From Pseudomonadota bacterium (GTDB lineage: Bacteria; Campylobacterota; Campylobacteria; Campylobacterales; Sulfurimonadaceae), in assembly GCA_043797085.1 (NCBI GenBank), contig JAZDQA010000008.1:96001-160000 (forward strand): a DNA stretch of 64,000 nucleotides, given 5' to 3'. The notes under the pieces are model-generated. The model was given only the letters and a program-made list of their open reading frames with translations. It had not been told where the DNA came from and ran no database searches. Shown here piece after piece: positions 9,979 through 18,840 of the stretch (position 1 is its first letter; each line of letters begins with the position of its first letter). The translations under genes and the position numbers were made by a program.

Positions 9979-11099
9979 TGTCACACGCAACCAAAGAGGG
10001 AACGTTTGGGTATCTCAAAAAATTCGGGAAATATTCAAAAGATTTTTACCGCTTTAACGGAGAACTCTTTTTTCCCTCACTTGGAATTGGTACCTATAAA
10101 CCAGAACCGTACAAAGAAGAAAATTACATTATCAACTACGCTGAAGCGATAAAAATGGCACTGAGAAACGGTGTCAATTTCATCGACACGGCGATCAATT
10201 ACCGTTATCAGATGTCAGAGCGAGAAATCGGTGAAACGCTCATGGCAATGTTTGCTAGCGGGGAGATAAAACGTGATGAGGTGATCATTGCTTCGAAAGC
10301 TGGCTTTATACCTTTGGATTTCCCATTTCCTGAGAATCCGTACGGTTGGATTCAGGAAAATATGATTGAACCAAAATTAGCAACGGAAGAAGATATTATC
10401 ATCGATCAGCACTGTATGACCCCTGCATATTTACGCTGGAGTTGTGAGCAGTCGTTGAAAAATCTCTCACTTGAGACCATCGATATTTTTTTACTGCATA
10501 ATCCCGAAACCCAACTCGGATACGTTGAACAGGAAGAATTTTATGCTCGGATTGAAGCGGCATTTGAACTTTTTGAACAACTACGCTCTGAGGGTAAAAT
10601 CGTTGCTTACGGCATCGCGGCATGGAATGGATTTTTGTACGAAGAGGAGCATATGGAGTACATTTCGCTTACCAAAGTGATGAGCATTGCACGACGTGTC
10701 GGAGGTTTAAATCATGGATTCAAATACCTCCAAAGCCCGTTCAATATGGCAAAACCTCATGCGTACAGTTACGCTAATCAGCAGGGTGAGGATGGGCTGT
10801 ATTATTCTCTTATGGATGCCTGTGCCGGGTTTGGTTTGAGTTATTTAGGCTCATCTCCGCTGTTGCAAAAAAATCTTTTCAAACGTCCGTTTAGCACTAA
10901 AATCGGGGAACTTATGAATACAAGTGAGCTTACGGATGTGGCAAGTGCCTTGCAGTTTGCACGAAGTGCAGGAGCGATTACCGCAATTTTCGGTGCGGTT
11001 ACACCTTCTCATGTCATGGATAATACCATTTTGGCGTATGTACCAAGTGCTTCGAGTGAAGCCATGGCGAGTTTGATGCGAGAATCCTATGCTGTATGA
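9978..11099 (+). CDS. Aldo/keto reductase
   Basis: SLGIGTY, NFIDTAINY, IASKAGF, SLKNL..ETIDIFLLHNPE. Confidence 0.85.
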   Translation: MSHATKEGTFGYLKKFGKYSKDFYRFNGELFFPSLGIGTYKPEPYKEENYIINYAEAIKMALRNGVNFIDTAINYRYQMSEREIGETLMAMFASGEIKRDEVIIASKAGFIPLDFPFPENPYGWIQENMIEPKLATEEDIIIDQHCMTPAYLRWSCEQSLKNLSLETIDIFLLHNPETQLGYVEQEEFYARIEAAFELFEQLRSEGKIVAYGIAAWNGFLYEEEHMEYISLTKVMSIARRVGGLNHGFKYLQSPFNMAKPHAYSYANQQGEDGLYYSLMDACAGFGLSYLGSSPLLQKNLFKRPFSTKIGELMNTSELTDVASALQFARSAGAITAIFGAVTPSHVMDNTILAYVPSASSEAMASLMRESYAV

Positions 11100-12747
11100 T
11101 GTTGTTGTTGTTGGCAGTGGCATATCGGGATTGTACGCGGCACTCTATGCTCGTCGTGAAGGTTTAAAAGTCGCCCTTATCTCTAAAAGTACACCACTTC
11201 GCTCTAACTCTGCTGTTGCATCGGGAGGGATTAATGCGGTGCTAAAAACCACTCGTCACGACAGTTGCCGCGATCATATTGCCGATACGCTTAACGGAGC
11301 CGATAATTTGGGACGTTTTTCTGCGATTAGCGGGATGATTGTGGGTGCGGAAGCGATTATAGATGAGCTGCAAAAAATGGGGGTTGTTTTTGATACCGAT
11401 GAGAACGGTTCGATAGCACAGCGTCCTTTTGGTGGAACCAAAGCAAAGCGTACCTGTTACATAGCCGATAAAACCGGAGCCTCTATCACCCAAACTCTTT
11501 TGACACAATGTCGTAAAGAGGGGGTGAAGATGTTTTCAAATCACCTGATGCTCAGTATCGCGACATTTAATGAGAAGCTTTCGGGTATCACGATGCTTCG
11601 TCGCCGTGATTCACAGGTGATTGCTTTTGCGTGTAAATCGCTGGTTCTTGCAGGCGGTGGTTATGCGGGAATTTATCGAGGACATTCAACCAATTCACAA
11701 GAATCCAGCGGGGATATGTTAGCCCTTGCATTACGCGCCAAAATGCGTTTGGTAAACATGGAGTTTGTTCAGTTTCATCCGACCACACTGCTCAACAGCG
11801 GTACACTCATCAGCGAAGCGGCACGGGGTGAGGGGGCAACTATCGTCGATGAAACGGGTCACCGATTTACCGATGAACTCCAAACCAGAGACAAACTCTC
11901 ACGGGACATTGTTCGCCATCAGCTAGCGGGTCATAAAGTCTTTCTTGATTTTCGCCATTTAGGTGAAGCCTTGATCGATAAAAAGCTCCCTTCTGCCCGT
12001 AAAAATGCCCTCAATGGAGCAGGTATTGATATTGTCACCGAACTTCTCCCTATAACTCCATCTGCCCACTACACGATGGGAGGGATTTGGTCTCGTGATG
12101 ATGCTTCCAGCGACATTGATAACATTTTTGTCTGTGGTGAATGTGCGTATAGCGGTGTCCACGGTGCGAATCGTTTGGGTGGAAACAGTTTACTAGAGGG
12201 TGCTTATTTTGGGAAAGTTGCCGGAACCAATGCAGCAAAAGCAGCAAAAAAAGGGAAATTTCAGCCGATTGATTACGCACAAGTAGCAAAAGAACTACGC
12301 TACATTGACACTATTATAGAGGGTGAAAGCCGGTTTAACATCAATACGATGCGTCGAAATCTCGGAAATATTCTCTATAAAAATGCAGGAGTATTTCGCA
12401 ATCACGACTCTCTTGCAAATGCATTGGAATATATCCACTATTTGATGAAGATGTCTTCAGGTTTATCTTGTGTCAACAAAGAGCGCAGTGACAACGTAGA
12501 ACTGTTGTCGATCATCGAATTTCGAAATGCACTCACTGTTGCCGAAGCCATGGTGATGTCTGCATTGGGGCGTGAAGAGAGCAGGGGCGTCCATTTTCGC
12601 GATGATTTCCCCGATACGAATGATGTTGATTACAAAGTCGATACGATTATCCGCCGTCTAAGCGGGACGTTTTTACGAATCAGTTTTGAGGGGCATCTTG
12701 CCTCGGATTGGTTATATCGGATTCGGAAGTTTTTTCACGTCATGTGA
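11089..12747 (+). CDS. FAD-dependent oxidoreductase, SdhA/FrdA/NadB family (stand-alone flavoprotein)
   Basis: GSGISG, QFHPT, ISEAARGEG, AHYTMGG, HGANRLGGNSLLEG, REESRGVHFRDDFP. Confidence 0.85.
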   Translation: MLYDVVVVGSGISGLYAALYARREGLKVALISKSTPLRSNSAVASGGINAVLKTTRHDSCRDHIADTLNGADNLGRFSAISGMIVGAEAIIDELQKMGVVFDTDENGSIAQRPFGGTKAKRTCYIADKTGASITQTLLTQCRKEGVKMFSNHLMLSIATFNEKLSGITMLRRRDSQVIAFACKSLVLAGGGYAGIYRGHSTNSQESSGDMLALALRAKMRLVNMEFVQFHPTTLLNSGTLISEAARGEGATIVDETGHRFTDELQTRDKLSRDIVRHQLAGHKVFLDFRHLGEALIDKKLPSARKNALNGAGIDIVTELLPITPSAHYTMGGIWSRDDASSDIDNIFVCGECAYSGVHGANRLGGNSLLEGAYFGKVAGTNAAKAAKKGKFQPIDYAQVAKELRYIDTIIEGESRFNINTMRRNLGNILYKNAGVFRNHDSLANALEYIHYLMKMSSGLSCVNKERSDNVELLSIIEFRNALTVAEAMVMSALGREESRGVHFRDDFPDTNDVDYKVDTIIRRLSGTFLRISFEGHLASDWLYRIRKFFHVM

Positions 12748-12764
12748 CGATGAATTGGACCTTT

Positions 12765-12853
12765 CGTCATCCTCGGACTTCACGTGCCCTTTAGGGTAGA
12801 TCCGGGGATCCATCTTAATTAATAGTTGGATTCCCGCCTTCGCGGGAATGACG
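12765..12853 (-). repeat. CGTC-tagged composite palindromic element, second copy, with an 18-bp insert
   Basis: CGTCATCCTCGGACTT[CACGTGCCCTTTAGGGTA]GATCCGGGGATCCATC...TGGATTCCCGCCTTCGCGGGAATGACG. Confidence 0.85.
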
Positions 12854-12879
12854 GAGACTAAATAAAAAAGGAAGCTATT

Positions 12880-13092
12880 ATGGCAAAAGTAATGTTGCGC
12901 GTTGATTCAAAAAAAGAAATTTCTTTTTATTTCGCTAAAAAAGACATGGAAGAGACAATTGTAAAAGTAGAGTTTGATACGGATGAAAAATGGGGTGGCG
13001 AAGTGGAACTTGGCAATGGTGAAAGATGGTTTATTGAACCTGCTGCAAAGAAATTTCCCTCTGAAATGGTAGCAAAACGCTTGGGTGATTGA
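12880..13092 (+). CDS. nifT: Nitrogen fixation protein NifT/FixU
   Basis: 70 aa; KVMLR...YFAKKDMEETIVKVEFD...WGGEVELGNG..W signature. Confidence 0.88.
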   Translation: MAKVMLRVDSKKEISFYFAKKDMEETIVKVEFDTDEKWGGEVELGNGERWFIEPAAKKFPSEMVAKRLGD

Positions 13093-13194
13093 TAAAAATA
13101 GTCATTTAAAAATCTTTTTCCTTAATTGGCGGAATTTTACAAGACATTTGTGTCATTGTATCCTATGATTACCGCTCATTAAAGGATTTTTTGA

Positions 13195-14019
13195 ATGAAT
13201 ATTGTTTGTCATGATAGCGCTTATATTGATTCGATTTATCATGTCCCCGTAGAAACCTACAAAGAGGAGCATGACTTCCATTTTTTTGGTGCTCCTTCGG
13301 TACATGAACATATTATTTTAAATAATGATTGTGCCACAATTTGTTTTAATATTAATGGAAAAATTTATGAACATGATGGTCATATCGTCTGCGGTAAATT
13401 CACTCACGCTCCAAAAATAAAAATCATTTTTAAAAATACGGACAGAAGATTGACCATCATACGTCTAACGTCATACGGAATGTTCAAGCTGACGGATACC
13501 CCTATAGAATCCATGGTAAATCTTGTCGCTTCAGGGTCAATTATTGACATTGATACTCTTTGTGATGGAGACATAGAGAACTATATCCGTAAGATTGATG
13601 CACTTATGAGTGAAGAAAGTAACGATAAGTCTTACAATATGACGCGTGAAATCATCCGTTACGTTAATGCTAATTTTCTTCATCTGCCCAGTCATTCTTC
13701 TAAAACGGTAGCAAAAGAGTTTGGTATCTCAGAGAGTTCTTTACGTCGTTATTTTAAAAAATATCTTGGTATTAATCTCTCTACATACATTATTACGGTC
13801 AAGCGAAAAAAGATGATTCAAGCCATTTATGAAGACAATTATGATTCATTGAGTGTTCGGGAAAATGGTTATTATGATCAATCCCATTTTTTGAACGATT
13901 TTAAACGTCTTTACGGTGTGCCGCTCAAGGAATATTTCAATGAAATGCAAATAATGAAAGAACGTTCTCCCGATTTGATGAAATTTTTATATCATTGTAA
14001 TATAAAAAGCAGTGTCTAA
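13195..14019 (+). CDS. AraC-family transcriptional regulator
   Basis: C-terminal double HTH: VAKEFGISESSLRRYFKKYLG...GYYDQSHFLNDFKRLYG. Confidence 0.88.
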   Translation: MNIVCHDSAYIDSIYHVPVETYKEEHDFHFFGAPSVHEHIILNNDCATICFNINGKIYEHDGHIVCGKFTHAPKIKIIFKNTDRRLTIIRLTSYGMFKLTDTPIESMVNLVASGSIIDIDTLCDGDIENYIRKIDALMSEESNDKSYNMTREIIRYVNANFLHLPSHSSKTVAKEFGISESSLRRYFKKYLGINLSTYIITVKRKKMIQAIYEDNYDSLSVRENGYYDQSHFLNDFKRLYGVPLKEYFNEMQIMKERSPDLMKFLYHCNIKSSV

Positions 14020-14029
14020 AAGGGATGAA

Positions 14030-15004
14030 ATGATCGCACAATTGCACTCCATAACCCATTCAACACCCATCGGAAATCTTTTTAATAGCAACCATCAAAT
14101 AAGAGCATTTGAAAGCGATACACTTTTAAGTGAAATATTGGAGTACTTCTCGACCTGTTCCGCTGATGTGATTATTATAACCCAAAAAGCAATTTCCATT
14201 GGAATCTTTACACTTAAAGATATGATGCACTCTTTACGAAATTTTGAAAATCTTCTTCGTCCGATTAGAGAATTTATGACAGCTCCTTTGCATACATTTT
14301 CTGCCGTACAAAGTATCGCAGAAGTCCTTGATACAATGAGAGAGGTCTCTTTCAATAAAATTGTTGTAATGAATGAGGATAAAATTATTGGAGTGATCGA
14401 TCATCACCATCTATTATCCAAATGCTATACTCAGCTGGCACCCATAATTAAGCATGAATACAACCTGATTCACTCGATACTTGGTCTCGTAGGTGAGGGA
14501 CAACGGGGATTGCTCAAGCTTGCTACTACTGATGCTTTGACGGGAATTGGAAATCGACGGTTGTTTGAAGAGATTTTTCAAGCACATCAATCCCTTGAAA
14601 ATCGTTATGATGTAAATCTTTTTTTATTGATATTTGATATTGATGATTTTAAAAAGATTAACGATACATTCGGACATAATGCAGGGGATTCCGTTCTTAA
14701 AGAACTCGTTAAATTAGTGAGTAAATCCATTCGGAAATCGGACGTTTTTGTTCGCTGGGGGGGAGAAGAGTTCGTGATTCTCTTACGCTATCCTGATCCT
14801 TTAGGGGTGATGGATATTGCTGAACAAATTCGTAAGCGAATTGATGCTCACAGTTTTGAGGCGATTATGCACGTAACATGCAGTTTTGGATTAACCTCTA
14901 TTAACCCTAACGAAAGTGTTGAAAAAGTACTATCACGAGCAGATATGGCACTGTACCGAGCTAAAGCCGATGGAAAAAATACCATTCGCTTAGAGATGGG
15001 ATAA
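14030..15004 (+). CDS. CBS-pair GGDEF diguanylate cyclase
   Basis: CBS-like N-terminus; DALTG.GNRR, DIDDFK.IND.FGH, RWGGEEF. ATG 14030 chosen by RBS and alignment with the paralog. Confidence 0.88.
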   Translation: MIAQLHSITHSTPIGNLFNSNHQIRAFESDTLLSEILEYFSTCSADVIIITQKAISIGIFTLKDMMHSLRNFENLLRPIREFMTAPLHTFSAVQSIAEVLDTMREVSFNKIVVMNEDKIIGVIDHHHLLSKCYTQLAPIIKHEYNLIHSILGLVGEGQRGLLKLATTDALTGIGNRRLFEEIFQAHQSLENRYDVNLFLLIFDIDDFKKINDTFGHNAGDSVLKELVKLVSKSIRKSDVFVRWGGEEFVILLRYPDPLGVMDIAEQIRKRIDAHSFEAIMHVTCSFGLTSINPNESVEKVLSRADMALYRAKADGKNTIRLEMG

Positions 15005-15103
15005 TTTATTAATTTTTATTAACATTATAGATTAATTTACGCTATAATACTTTAAATAAATTTTTATTAACATAATTATGCTTTTCTAAAACGATGAGGA
15101 AAA

Positions 15104-16078
15104 ATGACTACAGAGATAGTTCCTATTACGCACGCAACACAAGTTGGTACCCTTTTTGATGAGAATTATGTGTGCGGTATTTTTGATGGTGATGTGATAC
15201 TGCAAAAAGTCTTAGAATATATTGCATACAACAGTTCGGATACGGTTATTATTACACAAAAGTCTTCTGCAGTAGGTATTCTGACACAAAAAGATATCTT
15301 ACGAGCACTTTGTAATTTTGATAATACCGGTCTTCCTGTTAAAGATTTTATGACTTCTCCCCTTCATACTTATGATGCGTCAATGAGTATTTCAGATGTT
15401 TTAGATGCTATTGACGTGACTGATTATAATAAAATTGTTGTCATAAAAGATAAACATATCATGGGTATAATCGATAAGCGTGATCTTCACTCTATATGTT
15501 ATGCTCAGTTGAACCCTTTAATCAAACACGAGTACAACATGATTCATTCATTGATGGATTTAGTCGGTGAGGGTGAGCGTGGATTGCTCAAAATGGCAAC
15601 AACGGATGTACTAACCGGAATCGGAAATCGACGATTGTTTGAAGAAATCATGCAAGCACATCAATCATTAGGTAATAGGTACGATGTGCCATTATTTTTA
15701 CTTTTATTTGATATTGATAATTTCAAAAGTATCAATGATACCTTTGGTCATAATGTAGGGGATTCTGTTCTAAAAGAATTAGTGGTTTTGGTGGAAAAAT
15801 CGATTCGTAAATCGGATATTTTTATTCGTTGGGGCGGGGAAGAATTTGCGATTTTGCTCCGTTATACGGAGCCAATGACGGTTATGAAAATTGCCGATCA
15901 AATTCGTAGTCGGATTGATAAAAATAGTTTTGAAACGATTGTTCACGTAACGTGCAGTTTTGGTTTAACATCGATTTTACCTAATGAAACTCTTGAAAGT
16001 ATATTTGAACGTGCCGATAAGGCACTTTATCGAGCAAAATCAGACGGTAAGAATGTCGTGCGAATGGAACTTCCTTAG
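15104..16078 (+). CDS. CBS-pair GGDEF diguanylate cyclase (tandem paralog)
   Basis: Collinear with the previous gene; RWGGEEF. Confidence 0.88.
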   Translation: MTTEIVPITHATQVGTLFDENYVCGIFDGDVILQKVLEYIAYNSSDTVIITQKSSAVGILTQKDILRALCNFDNTGLPVKDFMTSPLHTYDASMSISDVLDAIDVTDYNKIVVIKDKHIMGIIDKRDLHSICYAQLNPLIKHEYNMIHSLMDLVGEGERGLLKMATTDVLTGIGNRRLFEEIMQAHQSLGNRYDVPLFLLLFDIDNFKSINDTFGHNVGDSVLKELVVLVEKSIRKSDIFIRWGGEEFAILLRYTEPMTVMKIADQIRSRIDKNSFETIVHVTCSFGLTSILPNETLESIFERADKALYRAKSDGKNVVRMELP

Positions 16079-17703
16079 ACGTCTATCCCGTACTGCTTGA
16101 TCTTATACCCGATTTGTCGAGCTGTCATTCCTAGTAATCGTGCCGCTTTGGTCTGAATACCGTGTGAATCTATTAATGCCTGAACAATCGACTCTTTTTC
16201 CAATTCCAAAAGGCTCTTTTTGGTCATTGGTGCACCACTTTCGTGAGTGGGTTGCGGTGCAGGAGTTGTAATGTACACCGGTGGTGCTATCGTTGGTACT
16301 TCCGGCTGCATGTAGAGCTTTTGGTAGTTAAACGGCAATACATGATTGAGCATCTCCGGCTGAAGCTCTCCGTCGGGACAGATGAGAACGATTCGCTCCA
16401 TAGTATTTTGAAGTTCTCTGATATTTCCCGGCCACGGATATTCTAACAATACCTCCATAGCCCCTTTGGTAAAAGACATATTTTTGCGATGTTCTTTCAT
16501 AAAGCGGTGGAGATAGTGCTCAATGAGCAATTTTACGTCCTCATAGCGCTCACGAAGCGGAGGAAGATTGAGAGGGATGACGTTAAGGCGATAAAACAGG
16601 TCTTCTCGAAATTCACCTTTGCGTACCATATCTTCGAGATTACGGTTGGTAGCGGCAACGAGGCGGACGTTGGTTTTGATCGTTTTGTTCCCGCCTACAC
16701 GCTCAAACTCCTGCTCTTGCAAAATACGCAGTAATTTTACTTGGAGAGAGGGGGTAATGTCTCCGATCTCATCGAGAAACAGTGTCCCGCCATCGGCGAG
16801 TTCAAATCGTCCTTTTCTCAGTTCTCTCGCATCAGTAAAGGCTCCCTTCTCATGTCCGAAGAGTTCGGATTCGAGGAGTGTTTCGCTGATAGCAGCACAG
16901 TTGAGTTTGATAAACGGTCCGTTTTGACGACGGCTGAGATTATGAACCGCTGTGGCGATAAGCTCTTTACCCGTACCCGTTTCACCACGTATAAGAATAG
17001 TTGCATCAGTGGGTGCGACGGTATTGATCATCCCAAATACATGTTGCATTTTGGTACTTTTTCCGACAATATTTTCAAATTTGTAATCTTTTTGCATCTC
17101 TTCTTTGTAGTACGTTTTGAGTTCAGTGAGAGACTCTTTTTCTTTGGTAATGGTTTGCTGAACTTTCATCGAGCCTACGAAAAGTGTTCCGACTATGGTG
17201 AGCATTCGGACGATTTCGTCGAAATCCAAAGGGCTTTTTTTCCCGATATTCGCCGAAATAACCCCGATTACTTCTTCGTCTTGGAGTAGGGGAACCGCGA
17301 CGTAGGAGACCATTTGCGTCGAAATATGCCCCATTTTATTGAGATAATTGATGTTGTTATGGATGTTTTCGATCACGATAGGTTCACGGCTTTTCGCCGC
17401 TAATCCCGTAGCTCCTTCACCGAAACGGTAGGTTGCCATTTTCTTTTGATGCGATTCAAGGTCGATGGAAATGAGAAGCTCAAGCTCATCTTTATCCTCT
17501 TTCTTTTTGAAAAGAGCACACCGTTCGACATAGCCATGCTGTTTGAGTTTTCGCATAGATTTTTCGATACTTTCATGAATATCGACAGTACTCGTAAGAA
17601 TGACAGCGATTTCATACAGTAAATTAATCTCTTTGTACGCAAATGTCAGTGCACAGGTCTGACATTCTTCTCTATTAGGGATATTGGGGCTGTAAGTCAT
17701 CAT
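16075..17703 (-). CDS. nifA: Nif-specific sigma54-dependent activator NifA (GAF-AAA+-HTH)
   Basis: GAF (YRFGEGATG), GETGTGKE, ESELFGHEKGAFTDA, WPGNIRELQN, C-terminal QTKAARLLGMTARQIGYKI; nif context. Confidence 0.9.
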   Translation of the reverse strand: MMTYSPNIPNREECQTCALTFAYKEINLLYEIAVILTSTVDIHESIEKSMRKLKQHGYVERCALFKKKEDKDELELLISIDLESHQKKMATYRFGEGATGLAAKSREPIVIENIHNNINYLNKMGHISTQMVSYVAVPLLQDEEVIGVISANIGKKSPLDFDEIVRMLTIVGTLFVGSMKVQQTITKEKESLTELKTYYKEEMQKDYKFENIVGKSTKMQHVFGMINTVAPTDATILIRGETGTGKELIATAVHNLSRRQNGPFIKLNCAAISETLLESELFGHEKGAFTDARELRKGRFELADGGTLFLDEIGDITPSLQVKLLRILQEQEFERVGGNKTIKTNVRLVAATNRNLEDMVRKGEFREDLFYRLNVIPLNLPPLRERYEDVKLLIEHYLHRFMKEHRKNMSFTKGAMEVLLEYPWPGNIRELQNTMERIVLICPDGELQPEMLNHVLPFNYQKLYMQPEVPTIAPPVYITTPAPQPTHESGAPMTKKSLLELEKESIVQALIDSHGIQTKAARLLGMTARQIGYKIKQYGIDV

Positions 17704-17744
17704 CTTGTAATCTTTTTTATAAGTTATCCCTAATTGTAGTACAA

Positions 17745-17750
17745 ATTATA
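17745..17750 (-). promoter_or_regulatory. Possible housekeeping-sigma -10 box for nifA
   Basis: TATAAT on the minus strand about 40 nt upstream of the nifA start; no -24/-12-type motif seen for nifA. Confidence 0.35.
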
Positions 17751-17794
17751 CGAATTAGCATTCAGCATTATGGATAAAAAATAAGCAGTTAAAT

Positions 17795-17809
17795 AGAACA
17801 TTATTTGCA
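17795..17809 (+). promoter_or_regulatory. Non-canonical sigma54-like motif for the tpx-ankyrin-nitroreductase-ald operon
   Basis: AG-AACATTATTT-GC-A, 33 nt before the ATG. Confidence 0.65.
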
Positions 17810-17842
17810 TCCTATCCAATAAAATTCCGACAAGGAGAAGAA

Positions 17843-18391
17843 ATGAACATTACTGTCCATGGAGAAACAACATTATTAGAGGGCAAAGAGATGACCATCT
17901 GGCGTGAAGCTCCGGCAGCTCGTGTCACATCGTTAGATGGAACCCAAAACGTCATTGGGATGATTGCCCCGACTGCACAGTTGCTTATTGCTATCCCTTC
18001 GCTTAAAACCGAAGTGTGTTCATTGGGAGCTAAAAAGTTTAATGATCTCGTTAAACAGTTCAAAAAACTCAAAACCGTAATGATTACGACGGATGATATC
18101 GAATTTGTGAACGATTTTGTCACACGTGAGGGGATTGATGCAGCTGACATCGTTATCGATACCAATCGTGATTTTGCTAAACGTTATGGATTACTCATAA
18201 CCGAAGGGAAGTTAAAGGACCGTCTTGCACGTGCTGTATTTGTCATCGATCAGGAAGGTATGATCAGCTATAAAGAAGTCGTTCCTGAAATTACTGATGA
18301 AGTAGATTACGATAAATGCATTGAGGCAGTGGATAAAGCGGCTAACTTCAAGAAAAAAGGGCATGAACACGAAAACTGGATGGGTGTCTAA
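17843..18391 (+). CDS. tpx: Thiol peroxidase (Tpx-type peroxiredoxin)
   Basis: PSLKTEVCS peroxidatic motif; LARAVFVID; Y.E.VPEI..E.DYD. Confidence 0.8.
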   Translation: MNITVHGETTLLEGKEMTIWREAPAARVTSLDGTQNVIGMIAPTAQLLIAIPSLKTEVCSLGAKKFNDLVKQFKKLKTVMITTDDIEFVNDFVTREGIDAADIVIDTNRDFAKRYGLLITEGKLKDRLARAVFVIDQEGMISYKEVVPEITDEVDYDKCIEAVDKAANFKKKGHEHENWMGV

Positions 18392-18405
18392 CTAAGGAGC
18401 GTATC

Positions 18406-18840
18406 ATGGTAGAGCAATATTTGATGTGGTTAAATAATCATAATTTTTCAGGTGAAGATTTGGAAGAAAAAGGATTTAATGGTAATACCCCTTTGCTGTT
18501 AGCAGCCTTGGAAGGCAATGCCATGATGGTATCTCGTTTTATTGAAGCAGGTGCCAATTTGTATGCTATTAATGGTGATTTTAACGGGGTATTATTTAAT
18601 GCCTGTTATTCCAATTGTCCTGAAGTTATCCGAATTTTGATTGATGCCGGTGCAGATATTGATGATACCAATGAAGAGGGGACGACAGCACTTATGTATG
18701 CAGCATCCGCGTCACGCGTTGAGTGTGTGAGCATGTTACTGGCATTGGGTGCTAATACGCAATTGCACAATGAAGATGGATTCAGCGCGATCGAACTGAC
18801 GAGCAATCGTGATGTTTTTCGGCAACTTCGTAGTGCGTGA
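18406..18840 (+). CDS. Ankyrin repeat protein
   Basis: GNTPLLLAA, GTTALMYAA, GAD/GAN repeat ends. Confidence 0.9.
   Translation: MVEQYLMWLNNHNFSGEDLEEKGFNGNTPLLLAALEGNAMMVSRFIEAGANLYAINGDFNGVLFNACYSNCPEVIRILIDAGADIDDTNEEGTTALMYAASASRVECVSMLLALGANTQLHNEDGFSAIELTSNRDVFRQLRSA

Noticed and set aside
8839..12853. Inverted repeats as ends of a composite transposon
   Set aside because: No transposase or target-site duplication seen; the repeats are REP-like.
16829..16846. NifA has GAFTDA instead of GAFTGA
   Set aside because: GAFTDA is also found in functional Campylobacterota activators such as FlgR, so it is lineage-typical and not evidence of inactivity.
16243..17642. Antisense and out-of-frame ORFs over nifA, and similar short overlapping ORFs throughout the track
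   Set aside because: Shadow ORFs of well-supported genes, with no motifs or RBS.
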